Assembly (NCBI GenBank): GCA_002840535.1
Contig: PHBH01000026.1
Location: 11,083 to 75,082 of the forward strand
DNA from: Deltaproteobacteria bacterium HGW-Deltaproteobacteria-15
GTDB taxonomy: Bacteria; Desulfobacterota; DSM-4660; Desulfatiglandales; HGW-15
Length of the DNA: 64,000 bases
Direction: 5' to 3'
Each line of letters opens with the position of its first letter. Position 1 is the stretch's first letter. A model generated the notes under the pieces. It worked only from the letters and a program-made list of their open reading frames with translations, was not told where the DNA came from and searched no databases. Shown one piece after another: positions 1 through 10,991 of the stretch. A program made the position numbers and the translations under genes.

Positions 1-24
1 GGCCTTGCATGTCGCTGGAGTCGA

Positions 25-558
25 ATGGGTAATGCCCGAAGGAGGACAAAGGTGTACGCGATAAAAGAAAAAGTCCGATTTCTCCCTGCACTGGCCCTGT
101 TCTTCCTGTTCCCCGGCTGTGCAACCACCGTTCCGAAGGAAATCGTTTCCATGGTGACTTACTATGGCGAATTCCCTCAATTGCAGAAATCTCCCGAACA
201 ATTCAAGGGCGAATTCGTTATCCTTGGGGGCAGGATCATTGAAGTTACCAACGACCCTCTCTTCTCAAGCATGATCGTGCTGCAGTTCCCGCTTGACGCC
301 AATCACAAACCCCGAACGAACGATCCATCGGAAGGACGATTTCTGGTGAAATCCGAATCATTACTCGATCCTGCGGTATACGGTGTCGGAAGCTTCATCA
401 GTGTTGCCGGAAAAGTCCTCGGCAAGGAGATCCGTCCGATCGGCGGGCACTCCTATGTTTATCCGGTCATAAGCCCGGAGAAAATATGGAAATGGGATGT
501 TGAAAAGGAATCCTACCCCAGGTTTCACTTCGGGATAGGGGTGGGCACCGTGTTTTGA
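25..558 (+). CDS. Slp-family outer-membrane lipoprotein (putative)
   Basis: 177-aa ORF. Hydrophobic leader ends in a lipobox-like FPGC. Central GEFVILGGRII...VLQFPLD block resembles Slp/YeaY lipoproteins. Confidence 0.6.
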   Translation: MGNARRRTKVYAIKEKVRFLPALALFFLFPGCATTVPKEIVSMVTYYGEFPQLQKSPEQFKGEFVILGGRIIEVTNDPLFSSMIVLQFPLDANHKPRTNDPSEGRFLVKSESLLDPAVYGVGSFISVAGKVLGKEIRPIGGHSYVYPVISPEKIWKWDVEKESYPRFHFGIGVGTVF

Positions 559-809
559 GGGCAAGCCTTCTAAGACCACTCGCCGGGACAGCTTTTCCTG
601 AAAAAAAGCCCCCAACCTTGCGGAAGGGGGCGATTCTCATATCACTGCGATTACAGACCCGGTGTGGTATCGGATGAACTGCAGTCCTGTTCTGCCATTG
701 CGGGAAGGAAGAGTGAGCACAAAGACATCCTTCCCCCTGCGGCTGGAGTCCGCACTTTTACCTTTGAACCAGGGATAGTTATTTCACGTCGGTGGGATAG
801 ACTGCTCTC

Positions 810-1127
810 CTAATATCGTGACGATCTTCCCCCCGGACGCCTTCCGCCCCCTCCACCACCGCCGCCCCCCTGGCGCCGGTCGTCGGTTCGTGGACGGGCT
901 TCGTTCACGCTCAAATTGCGACCTTTCATTTCCTTTCCGTTCAACGCGGTGATCGCAGCAGTAGCCTCCTCTTTGGATGGCATTTCCACAAAACCGAACC
1001 CTTTGGACTGGCCGCTGAACTTGTCTTTGATGATCGAAGCGGACGTCACCTGCCCGAAGGCCTCAAAGGCCTGCCGCAGGTCGTCTTCCGTAATGGTGTA
1101 AGATAGATTGCCCACGTAAATGTTCAT
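810..1127 (-). CDS. RRM-type RNA-binding protein with Gly/Arg-rich tail
   Basis: RNP2 IYVGNL and RNP1 KGFGFVEM motifs. C-terminal GGGGGGGGRR tail. Confidence 0.85.
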   Translation of the reverse strand: MNIYVGNLSYTITEDDLRQAFEAFGQVTSASIIKDKFSGQSKGFGFVEMPSKEEATAAITALNGKEMKGRNLSVNEARPRTDDRRQGGGGGGGGGRRPGGRSSRY

Positions 1128-1193
1128 CTCATCCTCTCCTTAAGTCTGTTCAACGCATCTGACCGGGTTCACGGTGAACCCGGTTCTCTAACA

Positions 1194-2534
1194 TCAACCC
1201 ATGCTGAGCTTCCGGCGCGATTTCGGCCGGGGCGAGCTGAAGGGCAGGGTTCCCCTAAAGAAATCACTTGGTCCGCTCTTGCTTGAAACCGACACCTCTT
1301 CAACCGCCGAAACGCCGGAACGCCGGAACGCCGGTTGTCTGGAATTGAGGGGCGGTCTGCCCCCCGCACCATTTCGTGACCCGCCGGATCGCGGTTCTCG
1401 CTCAGGGGGGGGAGCGGAATAATCGAATTCTTTCAGAATCCGGTGTTCCAGATTCTGCCCCAGTACCTTTTCGATGTCCCACACCGTAGCCCGGTCATCG
1501 CGTGTCGCAAAGGAGAAGGCATCTCCCGTTTTGTCTGCGCGGCCTGTTCGTCCAATACGGTGTGTGTACGCGTCGACCGTGTCGGGCATGTCGTAATTGA
1601 TCACGTGCGAGATCCGGGAGACGTCTATTCCTCGAGCTGCAATGTCGGTGGCCACGAGAATCCGGTATCTGCCGCTCCGGAAACCGTTGATCGCCTTTTC
1701 ACGGTTTTGCTGAGACATGTCCCCCTGAAGCGAAGTCACGAGAAAACCGGCTTTCTTCATCTGGCTTGCCAGCCGTGTGGCGCGATGCTTCGTGCGCGTG
1801 AACACGAGAACGGATTCCGTTTCCGTGCGATTCAAAAGCTTCATCAAAAGAGCGGTTTTCAGGTGGTGCTCGACCGGGTAAATCGCATGAGAAACCGTCG
1901 AAACAGGACCGGTTTCACCGATCTTGACGGTGAGCGGATCGCGCAGGGTTTCCCGGGCCAGGTGCCGGACATCATCAGGCATGGTGGCTGAAAAGAGCAA
2001 GGTCTGCCGATCTCGGGGGATTCGTCTTAAGATCTTCCGAATGTCAGGCAGGAAGCCCATGTCGAACATGCGGTCCGCTTCGTCCAGGACGAGCACCTCC
2101 ACGCCGGACAAGTCTATCTCTCCCTGATCCATCAGATCGATCAACCGACCCGGGCAGGCGACGGCGATTTCCGGTCCCCTGTGAAGCTCTTTGACCTGGG
2201 AATATTTGCTTACTCCTCCATATATGGTGACGCTTCTGATTTTCGTGTACTGCGCGAGGTGAGCGATATCTTTGTTGATCTGTTCGGCCAGTTCCCTTGT
2301 CGGGGCTATGATCAGCGCGCGGATACGTTTGCGGACACCTGTCGTCAGTCTCTGCAGAATGGGAAGCACGAATGCGGCTGTTTTTCCGGTGCCGGTCTGC
2401 GCGAGGCCCATGACATCCTTTTGCTGGAGAATCTTTGGAATGGATTGAAGTTGAATCGAGGTGGGCACCGTGAAGCCGAGGGCCTTAATGCCGGATTCGA
2501 TGTGAGGGTGAAAGTGGAATGACTCGAAGTTCAT
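1194..2534 (-). CDS. DEAD-box ATP-dependent RNA helicase (RhlE-like)
   Basis: Motifs AQTGTGKT, VLDEADRM (DEAD), SAT and HRIGRTGR. Basic low-complexity C-terminal extension. Confidence 0.9.
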   Translation of the reverse strand: MNFESFHFHPHIESGIKALGFTVPTSIQLQSIPKILQQKDVMGLAQTGTGKTAAFVLPILQRLTTGVRKRIRALIIAPTRELAEQINKDIAHLAQYTKIRSVTIYGGVSKYSQVKELHRGPEIAVACPGRLIDLMDQGEIDLSGVEVLVLDEADRMFDMGFLPDIRKILRRIPRDRQTLLFSATMPDDVRHLARETLRDPLTVKIGETGPVSTVSHAIYPVEHHLKTALLMKLLNRTETESVLVFTRTKHRATRLASQMKKAGFLVTSLQGDMSQQNREKAINGFRSGRYRILVATDIAARGIDVSRISHVINYDMPDTVDAYTHRIGRTGRADKTGDAFSFATRDDRATVWDIEKVLGQNLEHRILKEFDYSAPPPEREPRSGGSRNGAGGRPPLNSRQPAFRRSGVSAVEEVSVSSKSGPSDFFRGTLPFSSPRPKSRRKLSMG

Positions 2535-2670
2535 ATGCTCCTGTTCTATGTGGACCTTGTTGCCTTCCGGTCCGGAAGTCCTTGGCCGGACGGAGGATGA
2601 TCATTTTGAATGGGTTTGAATAAAAATGACATGGTGAGGTTTTCTTCCTGGGGCAGCACCCTGAAGCCCG

Positions 2671-2871
2671 CTAGGGCTGATCGGGCGTCTTGATCGCGTC
2701 AGTCTGCTCGGGTGTCTCGTTTGTACCGGGCTGATCGGTCGGTTCGTTCATATCTGTTTGTTCCCTCTTCTGTTCCTTGCCCTGCCGCTTGGCCATCTTC
2801 TCTCTCGCCTTTCGCATGCGCTCCATTTCTTTTTGTCTTTTTTTCAGTTTGTTTTGATTTTGCCTTCCCAT
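2671..2871 (-). CDS. small Lys/Arg/Glu-rich hypothetical protein
   Basis: Start trimmed to the internal ATG preceded by AGGAGG. Highly charged 66-aa product. No recognised family. Confidence 0.4.
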   Translation of the reverse strand: MGRQNQNKLKKRQKEMERMRKAREKMAKRQGKEQKREQTDMNEPTDQPGTNETPEQTDAIKTPDQP

Positions 2872-3369
2872 AATCCTCCTGTACGATTCGGAAGGGCCAT
2901 GCTGCGGCAAGCAACTTCTTCCGAGAGATGATCATTCCCTTATAAAAAAAACCCAGCAGCCTTTGTCAACAGGCCCTGGGTAATCAGCCAAAACCAGTCT
3001 AAAGTGACTTAAGTATAAGATCATCCGCCGCTTATGTCAAGGCTTATCTCCCAGCCTGGGTGTATCGACCTCCGGCTGAGACAGGGGTGATAATCAGCGT
3101 TATACCTCACCAAGCCTCTCCTGGCGCTTATCGGGTGCTTTTATACCTCAGAGGGAGAGTTGGAAAAGTGTAGAGACATAACCATAGCAAAACCAAGGGC
3201 CGGCGTGAAGTGAAATGAAGAGGAGCCCCCAGTTATGCTGTGGAAGGCGGATGATTTCCTTGAGCGCCTCCTTCTTCATTTACACCATCCTTCAATAGCG
3301 GTATAAGTAGGGGAAATCCCAACTGCAGCTATCCATTCGATTCAACAACCAATTTGAGGATTTCCTGAG

Positions 3370-4953
3370 ATGAGCCCGACAAAGGAAACTCCCGGCACGG
3401 ACACTGGCCTGGATCCTCTCCTGTTCAGGTTGGGATTTGAACACAGTCGTGACATCATCATGTTCATACGTCGCGTGGATGGGCGAATCCTGGAAGCCAA
3501 CATCTCGGCGATGAGCGCATACGGATACACCCGCCAGGAGATGCTGGACCTCACGATAAACGACCTGCGCATTCCCGAGACACACGTGTTCACCGAAGAT
3601 ATGATGGCCAGAGCCGATGGGGAAGGGATCCTTTTCGAAACAGTTCACCGTCGAAAAGACGGCAGCACCTTTTCAGTGGAGGTGAACTCCCGCGGTGTAA
3701 CCATCGGTGGCGATCGTATTCTGATAAGCGTGGTGCGTGACATCACCGAGCGAAAAAGGGCGGAGCAAATCCTGCAGGACAACGAGGAAGCGGCCAGGCG
3801 TAGCCTTGCTCAGATGCTCAGTGTGCTGAACATCATGTCGGAAGGGGTTCTCATCCTGGACGGCGAAGGCAGGCTCCTCCTCGTAAATCCCGCCATGATC
3901 CAGTTGGCTGGATGGCAGGAAGCCCCCGGAGGGACCTGGAATGAATATATGGAACGCATTGAAATGCGCGAGCTCTCCGGGCGACTCCTTCCTCCGGAAC
4001 AGTGGCCTGTGTCAAGGGCACTACGGGGTGAGAGCATGCGGGATCTTGAATACAAGGTCCACCGTCATGACACCGGGAAGAACTACATAGCCCTTTACAG
4101 CGCCACTCCGGTATTGAATGCCGATGGAGCAGTCGACCTCGTGGTCGTCACAGTGCGCGACATCACCGCCCGCAAGCGTGATGAACAAGAGTTGCGCAAA
4201 TCGAAGGAAGAACTCGAACTTCGCGTGCGGGAACGGACGGCTGAACTGGAATTGATGAACAAGGAGCTGCAGGACTTTGCCTTCATTGCATCGCATGATC
4301 TGAAGGAGCCCCTTCGGAAGATTCAGGCATTCGGGGATCTGGTCGTCACAAAAGACGGAGGCTCCCTCAAAGGGGAAAGCCTCGATTATCTCTATCGTAT
4401 GCAGGATGCGGCGGCAAGAATGCAGGTACTTCTCCAATCCCTTTTGTCCTACTCTCGGCTAACCACGAAACTCAAAGTTTTCTCACGGATCGATTTGAAC
4501 GAGGTGGTCCGCAACGCAGTCTCGAACCTGGAAATCCGGATCAAAGAAACCGGGGCACTGGTGGAAATCGGCGACTTACCTTCCCTGGAGGGGGATGATA
4601 CCCAACTGGTGCAACTGTTCCAGAACCTCTTCTGGAACGCGCTCAAGTTTCACAGGGAGGACGAATCGCCCCGTGTGAAGGTCTACTCCAAGTACATGCA
4701 AAACAGTCGTTCGGGAGCTGGGGTATATGAGATCCTCATTGAGGATAATGGGATCGGGTTTGATGAGAAGTACCTCGATAAGGTCTTTTTGCCCTTTCAA
4801 CGTCTCCATGGGAGAGACGAGTACGAAGGTGTCGGGATGGGACTTGCCATATGCAAGAAGATAGTGGAGCGCCATGGCGGTGCCATCACAGCAAGGAGTT
4901 CTCCTGGAAAAGGAGCGACCTTCATCGTGACCCTGCCTGCAGAGCAGCCGTAG
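3370..4953 (+). CDS. PAS-domain sensor histidine kinase
   Basis: Two PAS-like blocks each followed by DITERKRAE / DITARKRDE. H-box FIASHDLKEPLRK. HATPase N and G boxes (DNGIGFD, GVGMGLAICKKIV). Confidence 0.85.
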   Translation: MSPTKETPGTDTGLDPLLFRLGFEHSRDIIMFIRRVDGRILEANISAMSAYGYTRQEMLDLTINDLRIPETHVFTEDMMARADGEGILFETVHRRKDGSTFSVEVNSRGVTIGGDRILISVVRDITERKRAEQILQDNEEAARRSLAQMLSVLNIMSEGVLILDGEGRLLLVNPAMIQLAGWQEAPGGTWNEYMERIEMRELSGRLLPPEQWPVSRALRGESMRDLEYKVHRHDTGKNYIALYSATPVLNADGAVDLVVVTVRDITARKRDEQELRKSKEELELRVRERTAELELMNKELQDFAFIASHDLKEPLRKIQAFGDLVVTKDGGSLKGESLDYLYRMQDAAARMQVLLQSLLSYSRLTTKLKVFSRIDLNEVVRNAVSNLEIRIKETGALVEIGDLPSLEGDDTQLVQLFQNLFWNALKFHREDESPRVKVYSKYMQNSRSGAGVYEILIEDNGIGFDEKYLDKVFLPFQRLHGRDEYEGVGMGLAICKKIVERHGGAITARSSPGKGATFIVTLPAEQP

Positions 4954-5009
4954 AAAATGCTCTCATGAAGGTAAAGTATGATCAATAATTTCGGGAAGGA
5001 GGAGACGGC

Positions 5010-5552
5010 GTGAGCGATCCTTTACCGGAATACCCGAAAGATCTGGAAGCGCGACAAACTACAAAAAGCGGTGTCGAGCTCTTCCTGAGACCTATCCGCT
5101 CCGGCGACGAGCCGAATTATAAGGATTTCCTGCAGTCGCTATCGGATCATAGTGTTTATCTCAAGTTTTTCAGAAGTATACAGCCTACCGACGATTTCGT
5201 GGAAAAGCAGGTTGATGTGGATTACGTCCATCGGATGACGATCCTTGCTTTTGAAGGAGGAGGGGCTGAAAAGAAGATACTCGGGATGGGCCGCTACATC
5301 CTCAGCGAGGAGGGGAGGGCAGAGGTGTACTTCGCTGTTCGGGATGATCACCAGAACCTCGGTATAGGGAGGGAACTCCTCTCCTATCTCATCAAGGTTG
5401 CCAGGAAGAAGGGTCTCAAAGGGTTCACCGCCCAGGTGATGGTGGACAACCGCCGCATGCTCCACTTGTTCCGTTCACTCGAGGGAACAGAGTTCAAAAT
5501 CAACCGGAGAATGGACGCCGGGGTTTTCTACCTCGACTTGAAATTCCTGTGA
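5010..5552 (+). CDS. GNAT-family N-acetyltransferase
   Basis: GTG start after GGAAGGAGG. Acetyl-CoA motif QNLGIGRELLSYLIKVARKKG. Confidence 0.7.
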   Translation: MSDPLPEYPKDLEARQTTKSGVELFLRPIRSGDEPNYKDFLQSLSDHSVYLKFFRSIQPTDDFVEKQVDVDYVHRMTILAFEGGGAEKKILGMGRYILSEEGRAEVYFAVRDDHQNLGIGRELLSYLIKVARKKGLKGFTAQVMVDNRRMLHLFRSLEGTEFKINRRMDAGVFYLDLKFL

Positions 5553-5591
5553 TGAGGCAGGGAAGCCAGGGCATCATGGTGACTACCCAAA

Positions 5592-5660
5592 GGAATAGGG
5601 TTTGACGAGAAGTGCCTGGCCCAGATCTTCAAGCCCTTTGAGAGACTTCATGGAAACGAC
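5592..5660 (+). pseudogene. orphan fragment of a histidine-kinase HATPase domain
   Basis: Translates to GIGFDEKCLAQIFKPFERLHGN. This parallels GIGFDEKYLDKVFLPFQRLHG of the kinase at 3370-4953. No surrounding ORF. Confidence 0.4.
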
Positions 5661-5878
5661 ACCACAAACGACCCCCCCATTTTTTGTTTGCATTCCTCTT
5701 GGCGCATGAGTTAGATAGCTACCAATCTTTTGGGGCTTACTCACTCACAATCCATAACATTTCTGGTAGAAAGACCCTGGTTCAGGCGCCCGGAGGGGCG
5801 AGCTATGGGTGCGCCCTGCCACAGGAAGAACACATTACTTTGCATCGGAATTCCCATCACCCTTAACCCATTCAGAAA

Positions 5879-8800
5879 ATGCCGATGAAGAATTTTAACC
5901 GCCGCGATTTCCTGAAAATTTCCGGCATGGCGACTATGGCAGGGGCGCTTGGCAGTATGGGATTCGATCTGAAACCGATCGAGTCCTATGCGAGCACCCT
6001 GAGCATCAAGACCGCCAGGCAAACCACCACCATCTGCCCCTACTGTGCGGTAGGCTGTGGTTTGATCGTCCACACGGAGAAGGCTACGGGCAAAGTCATC
6101 AACATAGAGGGTGACTCCGATCACCCCATCAACGAAGGGGCGCTGTGCGCAAAAGGGGCTGCGCTCTATCAGCTTGCCGTAAACCCCTCACGTGTTTCCC
6201 AGGTCCTTTACAGGGCACCTAACAGCGACCATTGGGAGACCAGGCCCTGGGATTGGGCTCTGGATCGCATCGCAGCCAACGTGAAGAAGACCAGAGACGG
6301 TTCCTTTGTCCGGAAGGACGGGAAAGGCCAGGTCGTGAACCGCACAGAGGGGATCGCCCATGTGGGTTCTGCCGCGCTGGACAATGAGGAGTGCTGGCTG
6401 CTCCAGGCTATGATGCGGGCCCTGGGCCTCGTCTACATCGAACACCAGGCCCGTATCTGACACAGCGCCACGGTTGCGGCTCTGGCAGAGTCGTTCGGTC
6501 GCGGCGCAATGACAAACCATTGGATCGATCTCAGGAATTCCGACTGTATCCTGATCATGGGGTCCAATGCGGCGGCAAACCACCCCATTGCCTTCAAGTG
6601 GGTCCGGCAAGCCATGGAAAACGGGGCCACCCTGATCAGTGTGGATCCCCGGTTCAACCGGACCGCTTCTCAGGCGGATATCTATGCAAGGATTCGCCCG
6701 GGTACCGACATCGCATTCCTGGGTGGAATGATCAACTATATCATCTCCAACAAGAAGTATTTCGAAGAATACCTGGCCCAATACACGAACGGTTCGTTCA
6801 TTGTAAACCACGAATTCGCTTTCGATGACGGGCTGTTTTCAGGCTTTGATCACGAAAAACACCAATATGACAAATCCACCTGGACCTTCGTAAAGGACGA
6901 GAAGGGATTGCCGAGGCGTGACGTGAGTCTGAAGGATCCTCAGTGCGTCTTCCAGCTCATGAAAGAGCATTACTCCCGCTACACGCCGGAGAAGGTTTCC
7001 ATGACCACGGGCACACCTATCGAGGATCTTCTGAAGGTGTGGGAGACCTACTCCTCCACCGGGAGGAAGGACAAGACCGGGACGATCATGTACGCCATGG
7101 GATGGACGCAGCACACCGTCGGTGTCCAGAACATCCGCACCATGTCCATCATCCAGCTCATGCTCGGGAACATGGGCATGCCCGGGGGGGGTGTGAACGC
7201 CCTTCGCGGGGAGTCCAATGTGCAGGGATCCACGGACCACGGTATCTTGTTTCATATCTGGCCCGGATACCTCGGGACGCCCTCCGCATCCCTGACCACC
7301 CTTGCCGCTTACAATGAAAAGAACACCCCCAAATCCGCAGATCCGCTCTCCGCCAACTGGTGGCAGAACAAGCCCAGGTACATGGCCAGCTTTCTGAAGG
7401 CCATGTTCGGCGATGCGGCCAAACCTGAAAATGATTTTGGTTATGGGTGGATGCCCAAGACGGAAGACGGCAAAGCCTATTCCTGGCTGGACCTTTTTGA
7501 CCGGATGTACAAGGGGGGCTTCAAAGGGTTTTTCTCCTGGGGGATGAACCCGGCCGTTTCAGGCGCCAATGCCAACAAGGTCCGCCAGGCCCTGACACAT
7601 CTCGAGTGGATGGTCGCAGTGAACCTCTTCGACAACGAGACCGCCTCCTTCTGGAAGGGGCCTGGCATGGACCCCAAGAAGATCAAGACCGAGGTATTCT
7701 TCCTGCCCTGCGCGGCCTCTTTGGAAAAAGAGGGTTCCGTCACAAATTCAGGCCGGTGGATGCAATGGCGTTACAAGGCCGCCGAGCCACCCGGCGAGGC
7801 CAGGGATGACGGCGATATCATGGTGGCCCTCTGGGAGCGCATTCGGAAGGTCTACAAGGAGAACGGCGTCGTTCCCGAGCCGATTCTCAATTTCCGGTGG
7901 GACTTTTTGAAGCACGGGCGTTATGACCCACATGCTATCGCCAGGCTGATCAACGGGTATTTCGAAAAGGATGTGACCGCCGGCGGCAAGACATATAAGA
8001 AGGGAACCCTGGTTCCCTCCTTCGCCCTTCTCCAGGCGGACGGCTCCACCTCCTCGGGCAACTGGCTCTACTGCAATTCCTACACGGAAGGCGGCAATAT
8101 GGCGGCCCGCCGGGAAAAGGCCGACCCGACGGCCATGGGCCTCTATTCCGGGTGGGCCTGGTCCTGGCCCGTAAACCGGCGAATCCTTTACAACCGCGCT
8201 TCGGTGGACTTGAACGGACAGCCCTGGTCTTCCGATAAAGATATCCTGAGATGGAGTTCCGGGAGTACTTGGGTCGGCGACGTACCGGACGGGGGCTGGC
8301 CTCCCCTGGTCGACCGGGCGAACTCAAAACGGCCGTTCATCATGAAACCCGACGGCTTTGCCTCCATCTTCGGACCCGGTCTTGCGGAAGGTCCCTTTCC
8401 GGAACACTACGAACCCCTGGAGAGTCCCATCCTCGGCAACCCGTTTTCTTCCCAGCGCATGAATCCGGTTGCCCCGGTTTACTCGACCGACGCCGATAAA
8501 TGGGCCGCCAACGACCCCAGGTACCCCATCGTGGCGACCACTCACCGCGTAACCGAGCACTGGCAGACGGGGGTAATGTCGAGATGGCTCCCATGGCTCC
8601 TGGAGGCCCAGCCGGAACTCTTCGTTGAGATCAGCCAGGAACTCGCTGAGTCGAAAGGCATCAAAAACGGGGAAAAAGTGGTCGTCTCTTCCGCCCGCGG
8701 CCAGGTGGAAGGGGTGGCTCTGGTGACCTTCCGGGTAGCCCCTATGAACATTCAGGGCAAGGTCGTCCATATGGTGAGCCTGCCATGGTGCTTCGGATGG

Positions 8801-8923
8801 GTGCACCCCAAGAACAGCGGGGACGCGGCCAATCTGCTCACGCCGCCCACGGGTGATCCAAACACTCGAATTCCCGAGACCAAGGCCTTTATGGTCAATG
8901 TGGCGAAAAAAGGAGATCCGTAA
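5879..8923 (+). CDS. fdhA: formate dehydrogenase alpha subunit, selenocysteine-containing, Tat-exported
   Basis: ORFs 5879-6460 and 6509-8923 are in the same frame, joined by TGA at 6458-6460. The context is IEHQARI-U-HSATV, the classic Sec site of FdnG/FdhF-type enzymes. N-terminal twin-arginine signal (NRRDFLK) and an N-terminal Fe-S Cys cluster (CPYCAVGCG). Confidence 0.9.
6461..6507 (+). promoter_or_regulatory. putative SECIS hairpin directing Sec insertion at UGA 6458
   Basis: Long imperfect hairpin folded by hand directly 3-prime of the UGA. Outer arms 6465-6476/6496-6507, inner stem 6477-6483/6487-6493. The sequence resembles the E. coli fdhF SECIS region (GGUUGC...). Confidence 0.5.
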
Positions 8924-8925
8924 AA

Positions 8926-9579
8926 ATGGCAGGGAATTATTTTCTCATTGACACCACCCGGTGTACCGCCTGTCGCGGATGCCAGGTCGCCTGCAAGCAA
9001 TGGCACAAACTTCCAGGGGTTGCAACACGGCAGTGGGGCTCCCCCCAGAACCCCCCTGATCTGGACGCAGCTACCTATCGCCTTGTGCGCTTTCGGGAAT
9101 ATGAACGCAAGGGGAAGGCCATACGCTACTATTACTCGGATGCCTGCCGACACTGCCTGGAACCCCCCTGCCGGGAAGAGGCAAGCCGCTTCGTGAAGGG
9201 GGCGGTCGTCGTTGACCGCACCGGCGCCGTCTTGTACACGGCAAAAACCAGGGAACTGGGCAGCAATGCCGGAAAGGTTATCGAGGCTTGTCCGTACAAC
9301 ATCCCTCGCCTCGATAAAAAGACGGGAATGCTCGTCAAGTGCGATATGTGTTACGACCGCATCGACGCCGGCCTGGAACCGATCTGCGCCAAGACCTGCC
9401 CCACCGGTGCGATCAACTTCGGCGACCGGTCAGCCATCATGAAGTTGGCAAAGGTGCGGCTGAACCAGGCAAAGAGCAAGTTCGGGGATCAGGCAAGGCT
9501 TATCTATCCGGACGAGGTCCGGTCCATTTACCTGTTGGCCGCGGATCCGGAAAAGTATCACGAATATGCGACGTACTAA
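8926..9579 (+). CDS. fdhB: formate dehydrogenase beta subunit (4Fe-4S ferredoxin-type)
   Basis: Multiple CxxCxxCxxxC-type clusters (CTACRGCQVAC, CRHCLEPPC, CDMCYDR...CAKTCP). Starts immediately downstream of the alpha subunit. Confidence 0.85.
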   Translation: MAGNYFLIDTTRCTACRGCQVACKQWHKLPGVATRQWGSPQNPPDLDAATYRLVRFREYERKGKAIRYYYSDACRHCLEPPCREEASRFVKGAVVVDRTGAVLYTAKTRELGSNAGKVIEACPYNIPRLDKKTGMLVKCDMCYDRIDAGLEPICAKTCPTGAINFGDRSAIMKLAKVRLNQAKSKFGDQARLIYPDEVRSIYLLAADPEKYHEYATY

Positions 9580-9665
9580 CCTAAGGACGGGGTATCTCAG
9601 AGATTTCCTTGGGGTCCTCGCTTTTCAGTGTCATGTGGGTCGGAAAACCATGAACCCGAGGCAAA

Positions 9666-10499
9666 ATGGCTGACGCCGATCTCAAGGCCCTCACGGCAAA
9701 GGCAACGTACCTGAAGAATCGCTGGCCCGTCTATGCGGATATCATCGACTGGCTGGTCGACCTGCTTTCCGAGGCCTACAGTGTGGAGGACCGGCTCTGT
9801 TTGCCTCAAACCCCCTGGGACCACAACCTGTTATCGCAGCGGCTCCGGGCAGGAGAACCGCTTTTCGATGCCGGGTCCATTCCAATCGATATGGAAAGCT
9901 CTCGGGATCTCTTCGCCATCCTGGTGACCACGACTGAGCATAGGTATGGCAAATTGGAACCTCTTGGAAGCATGCTCTCAGGTCCCTCTGATGAAGTGAG
10001 ATTCATTCTCAGCGCAGTGCTTGCCTGCGAATCGGAGAACCTTGAATCCGTCTGCAGCAGACACGGCGCCGATGCTTCTCTTTTCACTCTCCTGATGCGG
10101 CTCGCCCTGCGGCCTTTCCTGCGGCAGTTGTCCAAGCGCGCCGAAGCAGAACTCGACCTTGCCGGATGGTCTTCAGGGCGCTGTCCCGTTTGCGGGTCAT
10201 GGCCGAGTCTGGCAAAGCTGGGCGAAGGAAATAAGCCCCGCATCCTCTACTGCTCCCTTTGTGAGACTTCCTGGCCTTTTTCTCGCCTCGAATGCCCCTT
10301 CTGCAGGAACGATCAGGCAGACTCCCTTTCCTATGTCTATGCCGAAGAGGAGAAAGATCTGAGTGTGGATCTGTGCGAGCGCTGCGGACAGGGGATCAGG
10401 ACCCTGGGCATAAAGCATCACAGCGCGCCCGTTCTTCCCATCCTGGACGAACTGGTGATCTCTCACCTGGCGATTGCCGCCACCAAAGGGGAAAACTAG
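9666..10499 (+). CDS. fdhE: formate dehydrogenase accessory protein FdhE
   Basis: Four CxxC pairs in the FdhE arrangement (CPVCGSWP, CSLCETSW, CPFC, CERC). Follows the fdh structural genes. Confidence 0.8.
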   Translation: MADADLKALTAKATYLKNRWPVYADIIDWLVDLLSEAYSVEDRLCLPQTPWDHNLLSQRLRAGEPLFDAGSIPIDMESSRDLFAILVTTTEHRYGKLEPLGSMLSGPSDEVRFILSAVLACESENLESVCSRHGADASLFTLLMRLALRPFLRQLSKRAEAELDLAGWSSGRCPVCGSWPSLAKLGEGNKPRILYCSLCETSWPFSRLECPFCRNDQADSLSYVYAEEEKDLSVDLCERCGQGIRTLGIKHHSAPVLPILDELVISHLAIAATKGEN

Positions 10500-10502
10500 A
10501 TC

Positions 10503-10991
10503 ATGGAGAAAAATATTGAACGGGTGAGATGCCACGAGTGTGCGGTATTGGAAGGCCAGTATCACGCCCCGGGGTGTGACGCAGAGATATGCCCGTTTTG
10601 CGGCGAGCAATTGAACTTTGGGTGTCAATGCGATCCGAAACCTGGACCAGGACAACGGATACCCTTTATCGATTATCCTATCCCGTGTGTGAAGTGCGGC
10701 GGCCTTCCCTGGGAACGCATACCAGATGACGAGCTAAGAGAGATTAGCCACAGATCCAGATCGCGGGCTGAGTTTGAAGAGCAACTCATCAAGGCAACGA
10801 AAAAATCTACCTGGAGGATGGTGGCTGATAAGGAATGGCGGACTTATGTTGAACCGAATCGGAGGCGCAGTATCATATGCCCTTCCTGCTACAGGCAAAT
10901 CAAGGAATGGATCGAGCAGGAAGGGACCCGGATGGACCCGGAAATCCGCAGTTATCGGGATCCGGAGAAAGGCCCACTGATGAACGGCTAA
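10503..10991 (+). CDS. Cys-rich hypothetical protein
   Basis: 162-aa ORF starting 4 nt after fdhE. Several CxxC pairs. Family not recognised. Confidence 0.5.
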   Translation: MEKNIERVRCHECAVLEGQYHAPGCDAEICPFCGEQLNFGCQCDPKPGPGQRIPFIDYPIPCVKCGGLPWERIPDDELREISHRSRSRAEFEEQLIKATKKSTWRMVADKEWRTYVEPNRRRSIICPSCYRQIKEWIEQEGTRMDPEIRSYRDPEKGPLMNG

